Positions 1 to 7,482 of a stretch of DNA of 32,000 bases are shown here, piece by piece (positions within the stretch are counted from its first letter, which is position 1; each line of letters opens with the position of its first letter). Where the stretch lies: contig NZ_CP136856.1 in NCBI RefSeq assembly GCF_033807535.1, positions 1,905,842-1,937,841 of the forward strand, written 5' to 3'. Source of the stretch: Oceanisphaera sp. IT1-181 (GTDB lineage: Bacteria; Pseudomonadota; Gammaproteobacteria; Enterobacterales; Aeromonadaceae). The notes under the pieces are model-generated. The model did no database searches. It was not told the origin of the DNA and was given only the letters and a program-made list of their open reading frames with translations. A program made the translations under genes and the position numbers.

Positions 1-105
1 TGTCACGCCCTTGCAGACATTACAGTGACAAACGTGGTTATCAATTGGTTCTGCCTTGGCGTTAATATGAACGTGCTCGCAGCCACCTGTATATAAATTG
101 GTCAT
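1..105 (-). CDS. 5' end (35 codons) of a gene running off the left edge; Cys/His-rich N-terminus, possibly a GFA/CENP-V-like zinc-binding protein
   Basis: Not in the ORF track because it is open-ended. The reverse complement of 1-105 reads MTNLYTGGCEHVHINAKAEPIDNHVCHCNVCKGVT with no stop. A purine-rich AAGGAAAGAG lies just upstream of the ATG (103-105). The CHCxxC spacing resembles GFA-domain proteins, but only 35 aa are visible. Confidence 0.35.
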   Translation of the reverse strand, partial: MTNLYTGGCEHVHINAKAEPIDNHVCHCNVCKGVT

Positions 106-437
106 AATCTCTTTCCTTTTGTGCGTATCCGTCTGGACCGCAGCTTCAGTGAAAACAAATAACGACAGAAGCCTTTATATAGGCCGCCACCGATGACAGT
201 TACAACCTAATATCATTCACACTCGACAGAGCCGATGCTCGTTGTTGGAAACCACAGATGCTCTCGCCGTAGATTGATGCCTTTCGCTCGATAAGCTTAG
301 TAGATATATTTTGTAAAACATATAACTGAGTTAACAACAATAATCGCTGATCTACCCAGCTTCGGCGATGCTCAACGGATTGACCAAAATAGTGCTCGAT
401 GCACATAAAAACGTCCGCCTTACCCTACGGCCATCGA

Positions 438-911
438 TTAGTCCGACACCGTCAAATAGTAGTCGGGGGTGGTATTCAGCGGGCAGGAATAAAGGTATTC
501 GCCGGCTTCCAGCTCAATTTCATAATCCTGACTCGCTCCCGTAACTAAGCCTCCGCCGGAGACACTGGGTAACAGTACCCGATCCAGCAGGCCAGCCCCC
601 CGCAGCCAAAAACCCAGTTCATAGGGCACATCTCTATTGGTTACCCTGAAGATATAACGGCCGGGTTCAAGCTCCAGCTTGCGCGCTTGTGCCAACCGCT
701 CAAGGGCGGTCTCGGCATTAATGCGATCACAATCAGCCTTAGCTTGGGTAACATAACCGTGATCCACCCCGTTCTCGCTCTCAATAAACTGGCAGCCGGT
801 CTGGGTCAGTTCGATGACCATCGGCTCTGCGGCCGGAACGGTATAAGGCAAGACCAGTGCTAAGGTACAGACACCTGCGCGTAACAGCGGGGAAAGAAGA
901 AATCTGTTCAT
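438..911 (-). CDS. Exported cupredoxin-like (beta-sandwich) protein of unknown function, 157 aa
   Basis: The track ORF is 438-1013. I moved the start to the internal ATG at 911 because GGAGG sits 8 nt upstream (reverse complement of 914-926 is ggaggtaaatacc). From that start the protein opens with a classic signal peptide, MNRFLLSPLLRAGVCTLALVLPYTVPAAEP. The C-terminal part (GRYIFRVTNRD...YELGFW...GEYLYSCPLNTTPDYY) looks cupredoxin/EfeO-N-like. Family assignment is by motif resemblance only. Confidence 0.6.
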   Translation of the reverse strand: MNRFLLSPLLRAGVCTLALVLPYTVPAAEPMVIELTQTGCQFIESENGVDHGYVTQAKADCDRINAETALERLAQARKLELEPGRYIFRVTNRDVPYELGFWLRGAGLLDRVLLPSVSGGGLVTGASQDYEIELEAGEYLYSCPLNTTPDYYLTVSD

Positions 912-1314
912 GGTATTTACCTCCATGATATCCGGTTCATACAGGACAAATGTCCCTAAGGCTTGGCCTCGATGTGCAAGAGCCCTGTTATACATGACCG
1001 GCACAGGCGGCAAAAAATGCCGAATTTGAGCATTGCTCAGCCGGAGAACACTATTTAGCTTGAAAGCAGTATGTAGCTTAAGAATACCGTGCAGCTCAAG
1101 AGCACATCGAGATCCATATACGGCGCCTTACGCAGACGTTCATCCATAGGCATCACGCAATAAACCGAAAAAGCGAACCAAGGCCGACAGGACAAGCACT
1201 TAGCATGAGTGGCTGATTGGTTGTTACGTATCCCGAATTCATACATTAAGGTTATAATCACCTGCTAGCCAATACCTACTCCATTTTTGAATTCTACATC
1301 TCGGGCCTATCACT

Positions 1315-2274
1315 GTGAGCACACTGCATCGAAGTAAAAAAAACCAGACCAAACCTGACAGTAAAGGCCTGCACCCGAGAAGTCTGCACCAGCAAGGCTA
1401 TGATTTTACCGCGCTCATAAAAAGTTACCCACCACTGGCTCCCTATGTGAAACCAAACGCGCACGGTAACCTTTCCATCGCATTCACAGATCCATTGGCC
1501 GTAAAAACCTTAAATGCCGCGCTATTAAAGCGACACTACAATATTAGCGATTGGCATATTCCAGAAGGTGCGCTGTGTCCGCCTATCCCTGGCAGAGCCG
1601 ACTACATTCATTACATCGCGGAATTGCTCGGGATTGACGAGCCGACTACGGAACGGGTTAAAACCCTGCCTAAAATCACCTTACTCGATATAGGCACGGG
1701 GGCAAATGGCATATACCCGCTGTTGGCCTGCCAACTCTACGGTTGGCATTGTGTGGGTAGTGATATTAATACTCAGTCGCTGGAGAACGTGGCCTCAATT
1801 ATCGCTAATAATCCCCAGCTAAACGGCAGCTTCACGCTGCGCACGCAACAGGATAAAAATCATATTTTTGAGGGTATCATTCAAGCGGGAGAATTCTTTG
1901 ATGTTAGCGTATGCAACCCGCCCTTCCATGCATCAGCAGATGAAGCACTCAAAGGCAGCCAGCTTAAAGTCAACAATCTTGCGCGTCATCGCGGCGAGCA
2001 AACATCCACACCCACAGCTCCCACTTTAAATTTTGGTGGTCAAGATGCAGAGCTGTGGTGCAAGGGTGGCGAGCGCATGTTCCTTAAAAAGCTGATCAAA
2101 GAAAGCCATGCGTTTTCCACACAATGCCGCTGGTTTACCAGTCTGGTTTCGAAAATTGACAATGTGCAGCCTGCCAAAAAGTTGATTAGCAAGCTAGGGG
2201 CGGTCGATATACGGGAAATAAAAATGAAGCAGGGAAATAAAATCACCAGAATACTGGCTTGGACGTTCATCTAA
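1315..2274 (+). CDS. rlmF: 23S rRNA (adenine1618-N6)-methyltransferase RlmF (YbiN)
   Basis: 319 aa with a GTG start. It is collinear with my recollection of E. coli RlmF: GLHPR, PLAVKxLNxALL, CPPxPGRADYIH, the SAM-binding LDIGTGANGIYPLL, catalytic NPPFH, LNFGGQ..ELWC.GGE and a C-terminal ILAWTF. Confidence 0.9.
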   Translation: MSTLHRSKKNQTKPDSKGLHPRSLHQQGYDFTALIKSYPPLAPYVKPNAHGNLSIAFTDPLAVKTLNAALLKRHYNISDWHIPEGALCPPIPGRADYIHYIAELLGIDEPTTERVKTLPKITLLDIGTGANGIYPLLACQLYGWHCVGSDINTQSLENVASIIANNPQLNGSFTLRTQQDKNHIFEGIIQAGEFFDVSVCNPPFHASADEALKGSQLKVNNLARHRGEQTSTPTAPTLNFGGQDAELWCKGGERMFLKKLIKESHAFSTQCRWFTSLVSKIDNVQPAKKLISKLGAVDIREIKMKQGNKITRILAWTFI

Positions 2275-2430
2275 GTCTCGCAAGCATTACATCGGGCTAA
2301 GTAATAGCGTGCAAACAATGTGATTTCTTCTACTAAGTAATGCCGCGTAACTTAAGTAGCTCATCGTAACTGATTGCGGAAACATAGATCAGGCTTACTG
2401 CAGCCTCTTAAAGGCCTACACCAATAATAT

Positions 2431-2466
2431 TTTGCAACGGAACCCACGGAAGAGCACGGAAAAATT
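2431..2466. repeat. Solo arm of the CACGGAA-word repeat family
   Basis: tttgcaacggaacccacggaagagcacggaaaaatt carries three tandem (N)CACGGAA words. They are the same as the arms of the elements at 20150, 21999 and 23103. It lies in the intergenic space between rlmF and the 2615-2998 gene. Confidence 0.6.
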
Positions 2467-2614
2467 AAGCTGAGATAAGAACGAGCCAGTTAACATGGGT
2501 GGCTTGTTAGTTTGCGATGGGAGAGCCGCTGCCCTGCTTTTCAAAGTAAGGTTCAATATTCATATTGATACCTTACCTATCAATTTGCATAAGCGAACGA
2601 CTGAAGTGCCTTGT

Positions 2615-2998
2615 TCACTGCGACTCGATAACCCAATTAGCTCCTCCAGACCCAGCCTCACTAAACTGGATATGCACGGGGTAGAGGGTGCCACAACCAG
2701 AAACAATCCATTTTTCTCGCCAAACACGCATTCCCGGCTGCCCAACAGGATTTTGCATAATCCAGGGATCAAATGCCTCGGGTCTGGAGCAGCCCAGTGT
2801 TGCCACTTTAGCTGCCACACCAATACTGGCGTCACTGATAAGCTGTTGATTTGCCATTGAGCCTTTTGCAATAGGCACGGCTTCACCATCAGATGAGGCA
2901 AGGCTTATTGAAACATCTGTATTGGCTGCAAAAAGGGGGGGACTAATAAAAAACGCCAGTAACACGGCGCTAATCACAATAGAAAATAAACTCGGCAT
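2615..2998 (-). CDS. Exported hypothetical protein, 127 aa
   Basis: Chosen over two overlapping track ORFs (2495-2860 + and 2560-2901 -). It has AAGGAGAG 4-5 nt upstream of the ATG (reverse complement of 3001-3010). It also starts with a clear signal peptide, MPSLFSIVISAVLLAFFISPPLFA/AN. I recognise no family. Confidence 0.55.
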   Translation of the reverse strand: MPSLFSIVISAVLLAFFISPPLFAANTDVSISLASSDGEAVPIAKGSMANQQLISDASIGVAAKVATLGCSRPEAFDPWIMQNPVGQPGMRVWREKWIVSGCGTLYPVHIQFSEAGSGGANWVIESQ

Positions 2999-3130
2999 TG
3001 GCTCTCCTTGCGGTTATCACCTAAAGCATATTGACGCCATCTTCATGAGGGCAACTAATGACACCATCAACCATAGTTAACGATTTGGCATTATGCTCCT
3101 CTATAAACATCTAAATTTCAGCCATTAACG

Positions 3131-3778
3131 TTAAGAGGGAAAAACCACCACGTCATCGCCCTCTTGCCATGGCTGAAACTTAGACATGGCTTGTAGAAAG
3201 CATGCGTGTTCTAGCCAGTGCTGTAGCCACAACTGCAGCTTTGGGTACGGTAGGCGGTAAAAAACCTCACGATCCACATGGGCAAATTGGCGAACAAACG
3301 GCATGATGCCAATATCGGCAATGGTCGCGTTATCGCCCATTAGATAAGGGTTTTTAGTCAGCAACGCCTCTAAAACCTGTAAAAAGGCTTCACCCCGTTG
3401 CCGATACTCGGCCTGAGTCATGTCAGGATGACGATCCGCGTATTTATAACGATCCAGCCAATGTTTAAATTCGTTGTCGTTTTGCTCGATCAAGGCGTTG
3501 GCCTGCTGCAAAACTTTTGCATCTAACAGCCCTTGTGGGTCTTGCTGCTCAAGCGCCCACACCATTATCTCCCGGCTCTCTTCAATCACAGCACCATCAG
3601 CAAGTTGTAACACAGGCACTGTGCCTTTCGGGCTAATCGCTAGCATCTGGGTAGGTTTGTTTTTCAGGGTTACCTCCCGCAGCTCCACCTGCAACTCAGC
3701 AAACAAGATGCCCAGACGAGCGCGCATGGCATAGGGACAGCGACGAAAAGAGTACAAAAGATGATGTGAGGAAGTCAT
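3131..3778 (-). CDS. Glutathione S-transferase family protein (Cys-type, CPY active-site region)
   Basis: The track ORF is 3131-3820. I prefer the ATG at 3778 (MTSSHHLLYSFRRCPYAMRARL...) because GST N-terminal thioredoxin-like domains begin this way (LYSFxxCPY, then SPKGTVPVL and EES). A helical GST C-terminal domain follows. Confidence 0.8.
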   Translation of the reverse strand: MTSSHHLLYSFRRCPYAMRARLGILFAELQVELREVTLKNKPTQMLAISPKGTVPVLQLADGAVIEESREIMVWALEQQDPQGLLDAKVLQQANALIEQNDNEFKHWLDRYKYADRHPDMTQAEYRQRGEAFLQVLEALLTKNPYLMGDNATIADIGIMPFVRQFAHVDREVFYRLPYPKLQLWLQHWLEHACFLQAMSKFQPWQEGDDVVVFPS

Positions 3779-4230
3779 GGCTATTTTTCGCTGTTGAGTC
3801 GAGATCAGTGGGCTCAGCATCGCTGATACCAGTGGTGACTTAATGTCACTCTTGATCTCTGTTGTGGGTGAAAGTCGGTATGGATTTATAACATCAACTG
3901 ACTAAGTAATGCCTCAAACGCAGGTACTACTACGCTGCGACCGTGTAATTTGCCATGTTCAGGCTCTTTAAAACTAAGGTTTACCGCTATTTTTACACGC
4001 TTAAGTCCGTGATTTACGCGAAAAAAAGATGGCGATCTGGCAGGCTACCGCCGAGCCTTGTAGGCAACTACTGCCTCCTTTACGATTTAACTTAACCTTT
4101 GTCACCTGCTTTGCGGCTTGATTTACAGCTGTTATTTTCAGCTAGATTTTAAATCTCAAATGAAGCTGGCAGATTATAAGCAATGTGGGCTGAGAATATA
4201 AGCGCGATATTTTTGCGAATGCAATAGACA

Positions 4231-4262
4231 ATAAAAAGCCGCCTTATTTTCATAAGGCGGCT
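4231..4262 (-). terminator. Rho-independent terminator after the RidA gene
   Basis: A perfect 10-bp stem, agccgcctta (4237-4246) with taaggcggct (4253-4262), encloses a 6-nt loop. On the minus-strand transcript it is followed by UUUUUAU (complement of 4231-4237). It lies 40 nt past the stop at 4302. Confidence 0.75.
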
Positions 4263-4301
4263 GTTAGCCAATAAACTTAAACCTACATTAGTTCAGGTTG
4301 A

Positions 4302-4814
4302 TTAAGGGCGTACGGCAGAGACTTCAATTTCGATTAACCAGCCTGGATTAACCAGCGCGGCCACTTCTACTGCTGAGCGTACCGGTAAGTTAGGCTGTTC
4401 TTTGGTGCCAAAAAACTGAGTGTAGCCTTTCATAAAACCAGAAAAATCAACTTTGCCTTCTTCTGCCACCAAGAACACCTGCATGCGATACACATCGCCC
4501 ATGGTGAGGTTGAGGCTCTCTAAATTTTTCTCGATTGCCTTTAAGGTAGAGACGGTTTGTTCTTCTATGGTACCGAAAGCTTTTAAGCTATTAGGGTCGG
4601 CTTTATCGTCAATCACCGTGGGTACTTGGCCACTTAAGTGCACCACTGTTTTATTGGCCGGCACTTCTACCGCCAATGAGATAGGAAAGTCAGAGTTTGG
4701 GAGTTTATGGCGGATTAGCTCACCTTCTGCCGCTTGAGCTGAACTTGCGGCAGTCAGCATCATGAGGCCCATGGCTAAACCGGACATTTTGTAGCCAGAA
4801 ATCAGTGTGCTCAT
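4302..4814 (-). CDS. RidA/YjgF/UK114-family imine deaminase homologue with an N-terminal signal peptide (predicted periplasmic)
   Basis: 170 aa, with AAGGAG 7 nt upstream of the ATG. The signal peptide is MSGLAMGLMMLTAASSAQA/AEGE. The C-terminal block LPVRSAVEVAALVNPGWLIEIEV matches the PARSxVEVxxLPxxxxIEIE signature of RidA, including the conserved Arg. Confidence 0.85.
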   Translation of the reverse strand: MSTLISGYKMSGLAMGLMMLTAASSAQAAEGELIRHKLPNSDFPISLAVEVPANKTVVHLSGQVPTVIDDKADPNSLKAFGTIEEQTVSTLKAIEKNLESLNLTMGDVYRMQVFLVAEEGKVDFSGFMKGYTQFFGTKEQPNLPVRSAVEVAALVNPGWLIEIEVSAVRP

Positions 4815-4893
4815 TTAAGCTCCTTAAGGGGTTAGCATTGAGTGTTAAACATTTTTATGGATGGATAAATATTTAATTCAGCACCCTATTTAC

Positions 4894-4917
4894 GGCGCCA
4901 AGCTTTCGCTTGGCGCC
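4894..4917 (-). promoter_or_regulatory. Intercistronic GC-rich hairpin between the cytochrome c and RidA genes
   Basis: A perfect 10-bp stem ggcgccaagc/gcttggcgcc has a 4-nt loop, which reads GAAA on the minus-strand RNA. No U-tract follows, so it is more likely an mRNA stabiliser or partial attenuator than a full terminator. Confidence 0.4.
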
Positions 4918-4924
4918 GCTTAGT

Positions 4925-5329
4925 TTAGCGTTTAGTCACCGCTTTTACCTCTTCTAGGGTGACTTTTTCTGGGTAATCGTTACCAAAGTGAGTGCGCACA
5001 TAGTTTACAACTTCCACTATCTGCTCGTCTGAGAGGTAACTCTTAAAACTCGGCATGCCGCCAAAACCATTGGTTAGCACATAAATGGGGTAACCTGCGG
5101 CGCTGAGCTTAGGATTATTAGCAAGGGCCGGATAAAAACCGGCGCCCGTGTGCACACCTTTACCGTCTTCCATGTGGCAGCCTTGGCAAATGCTGCTATA
5201 CAGCTCTTCACCGGTTTTTTGCTCAAACTGGCCACTCTCAGAGACGCTGGGAGTGCCTGCTAACGCCCCAACGCTCATCAAAGAACTGGCAGCTAGCATA
5301 AGAGCGGATGTGGTTAACTTTTTCATCAT
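4925..5329 (-). CDS. Mono-haem class I c-type cytochrome, Sec signal peptide
   Basis: 134 aa with signal peptide MMKKLTTSALMLAASSLMSVGALA. It has a single CQGCH haem-binding motif and a distal GGMPSF (Met ligand) motif. AGGAG lies upstream, and the start is only 9 nt after the flavoprotein stop. Confidence 0.85.
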   Translation of the reverse strand: MMKKLTTSALMLAASSLMSVGALAGTPSVSESGQFEQKTGEELYSSICQGCHMEDGKGVHTGAGFYPALANNPKLSAAGYPIYVLTNGFGGMPSFKSYLSDEQIVEVVNYVRTHFGNDYPEKVTLEEVKAVTKR

Positions 5330-5338
5330 TAACTCCTA

Positions 5339-6949
5339 TTAAGCTTCAGTTTTTTTGGCTGCTTGGGCATGAGCATGCAAGCGATTCACGGCATCCAGTG
5401 ACGATAAGATTGCGCCTTCCATCCACGCAGGAATATAAGAGGCGTGCTCACCGGCTAAGACGATACGGTTATCCATTTCACATAAGTTTTTATAGTGTTT
5501 TTCGCGTGATTCTGGCGTCCATAGGCCGTAACAACCGTTGGTCCACGGCACTTTGTGCCAGGCTACCGCGATACCGTTATCAAACTCTTCTTTGTATTGC
5601 GGGTGTATTTGTGCGCCATATTCTAGGGCCTTTTTCACCCGCATTTCGGGTGACATGGCGGTAAATTCGTAAGAGTTCTCATCCCACAAATAGCCGCCCA
5701 GCAACACGCCTTTACCACCGGAGTGATAATCGGTGCTGGGGTAACTGATCATTTCTATCGGCAGATCCGTGTAGCTGATGCCGCCGTAAATATGTTCATC
5801 TTCTTCCCAGAAGCGACGCTTAAACTGCAAGCCCACTTTCACACTGGTATCGTAAGGTACGGCGCGAATGGCACTGCTCAACTTACCGCTAAAGTTGGCG
5901 GGGATCTGGCCCAGAATAGACAATGGTATGGTACACACGCACCAGTCCGCAGACTCGGTCATGGTGTCGCCGGGCTTTTCGCTGTCTACATAGCTGACCG
6001 TAACGCCTTTATCATCCTGATGGATTTTGGTGACTTTACTGCTGTAGCGAATAAGGCTACCCAGTTCTTTTTCAAAGCCTTTGGCAATCATGTCCATGCC
6101 GCCGATGGGCTGAAAAATCGTGCTTTGGTATTCAAACAGGTTACCCGTTTGCAGGTGCTTCCATAAGTCAGAGTTGAGCAACTCTATGCCGCCCATGGGA
6201 TCGGACAGCTGGGCGTCCGGCATTAGGCCGCCGCCGGGCATAACATCGTAGCCGCGCATTAAGCTGGCTTCTACAGACTTCACGTATTTGTCGTCACCGT
6301 TGAGCGATCCCCATTGGCGCATCACTAACAGCAGCCGCTCGGTATCATCTTTGCTCATGGCATCGTCTAGGCCTTTCTGGTTTACGCACTTGGCCAGCAA
6401 TTCTGCAATGTGCCCTTGAAAGTCTGCGTTAACCTCACGATAGCGCTTTGGCTTACCGCCAAAGGCTTTAGTGCTGTGCACATAGGCGTTGTGGTTAATT
6501 TGGCTAAAGACTTCCAGCTTCACGTTAAACTGTTTGCAGTAATGCAATACTGCATGGTGATGGTAAGGAATGCGCCACGGGCCTGGGTTGATATATAAGC
6601 CTTCATCAAATTTACACTCTTGCTTAGCCCCACCTAATTCGGTGTAAGAATCCCCCCCTCTTAAGGTCCAACAACGCCCGCCGGCTTTTTGGTTGTATTC
6701 CAATAACTTAACTTGATAACCGGCTTTACGTAATTCATAGGCTGCTGTCATGCCGGCTAGGCCTGCGCCTAAGATCAACACGGTCGAGCCTTTAGGGGCC
6801 TCGCCCGAGAGTTGGTAGTTGTCTTTATCAAATTTAGATTCACTGGCAAAACCTAAGGTGGTCATCGCCTGATACATAGCGGCGGCGCCGGCGGTTTTAC
6901 CAATCCAAGATAATACTGCGCGTCTACTTACACCTCGAGTGGGTTCCAT
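5339..6949 (-). CDS. Flavin amine oxidase-fold (MAO/LAAO family) oxidoreductase with a twin-arginine (Tat) signal
   Basis: 536 aa, with GGAGA 10 nt upstream of the ATG. The N-terminus MEPTRGVSRRAVLSWIGKTAGAAAMYQAMTTLGFA contains an S-R-R-x-x-L Tat motif. The FAD dinucleotide fold is VLILGAGLAGMTAAYEL...VKLLE...AGGR. Length and C-terminal GEH..Y..WMEGA are typical of flavin monoamine/L-amino-acid oxidases. Confidence 0.85.
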   Translation of the reverse strand: MEPTRGVSRRAVLSWIGKTAGAAAMYQAMTTLGFASESKFDKDNYQLSGEAPKGSTVLILGAGLAGMTAAYELRKAGYQVKLLEYNQKAGGRCWTLRGGDSYTELGGAKQECKFDEGLYINPGPWRIPYHHHAVLHYCKQFNVKLEVFSQINHNAYVHSTKAFGGKPKRYREVNADFQGHIAELLAKCVNQKGLDDAMSKDDTERLLLVMRQWGSLNGDDKYVKSVEASLMRGYDVMPGGGLMPDAQLSDPMGGIELLNSDLWKHLQTGNLFEYQSTIFQPIGGMDMIAKGFEKELGSLIRYSSKVTKIHQDDKGVTVSYVDSEKPGDTMTESADWCVCTIPLSILGQIPANFSGKLSSAIRAVPYDTSVKVGLQFKRRFWEEDEHIYGGISYTDLPIEMISYPSTDYHSGGKGVLLGGYLWDENSYEFTAMSPEMRVKKALEYGAQIHPQYKEEFDNGIAVAWHKVPWTNGCYGLWTPESREKHYKNLCEMDNRIVLAGEHASYIPAWMEGAILSSLDAVNRLHAHAQAAKKTEA

Positions 6950-7482
6950 ATTCGTTTATCTCCAGCAGCTGTTTCATGTTAGCACCCCATTTATTTGGCA
7001 TAGGGTTGGCAAATATTGTGCTGATGCCGTTGCTCTACCTAACCTGAGTGAGGGCCGAGTAGTGAGAGCTTGGCTTAAAACTGAGCTTAGACCAAGGTTG
7101 CACTTTTGTTTATAAACCGTTAAATAATAGCTTGCTAACAGTGAACTAGGCCTAAATAAAAGCAAATAACAGATTAAAGAACATACTGAATTAATATTAA
7201 CCAACGAAATGACTCAAACTAGTCTGCCTTTGTAGCTAGAAGTTATAGGTAGATTGAGAGCATCAATACTGCGCTCAGTAAGGGGAAAGTTTTCGGCTCA
7301 TAACAGCTAACTACTTAGTGATCTTAGTATTTTTTATGTGGTGATTAATCGTAAGCCTTTGATAACTAACATGGCACTAAATGCTGTGTTACCCTAACTC
7401 GTCGCATTGCTGCTGTAAGTATAAGCAATGCCAGCATCTTCATTCCTAATTCATAACGCTGACCGCCGATCGGAGGCCACTG

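Noticed and set aside
200-406. 68-aa minus-strand ORF. The same question applies to 1055-1261 (-) and 6974-7204 (-) in other intergenic regions.
   Set aside because: There is no ribosome-binding site and no signal or motif. Composition is unlike the neighbouring genes. They sit where promoters or leaders of flanking genes are expected. I cannot exclude small proteins, but there is no positive evidence.
2495-2901. Track ORFs 2495-2860 (+) and 2560-2901 (-) overlapping the 2615-2998 gene
   Set aside because: Only the 2615-2998 frame has both a strong ribosome-binding site (AAGGAGAG) and a coherent signal peptide. The others lack start context and have Arg/Ser/Cys-rich composition.
5308-6598. 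Plus-strand ORFs 5308-5664, 5723-6166 and 6410-6598
   Set aside because: They are antisense to the flavin amine oxidase-fold gene, whose FAD fold and Tat leader make the minus-strand frame clearly the coding one.
2275-7482. Calling the rlmF-ybiO insert a genomic island or mobile element
   Set aside because: No integrase, transposase, tRNA attachment site or flanking direct repeats are visible. I report it only as a possible variable islet, not as a mobile_element feature.
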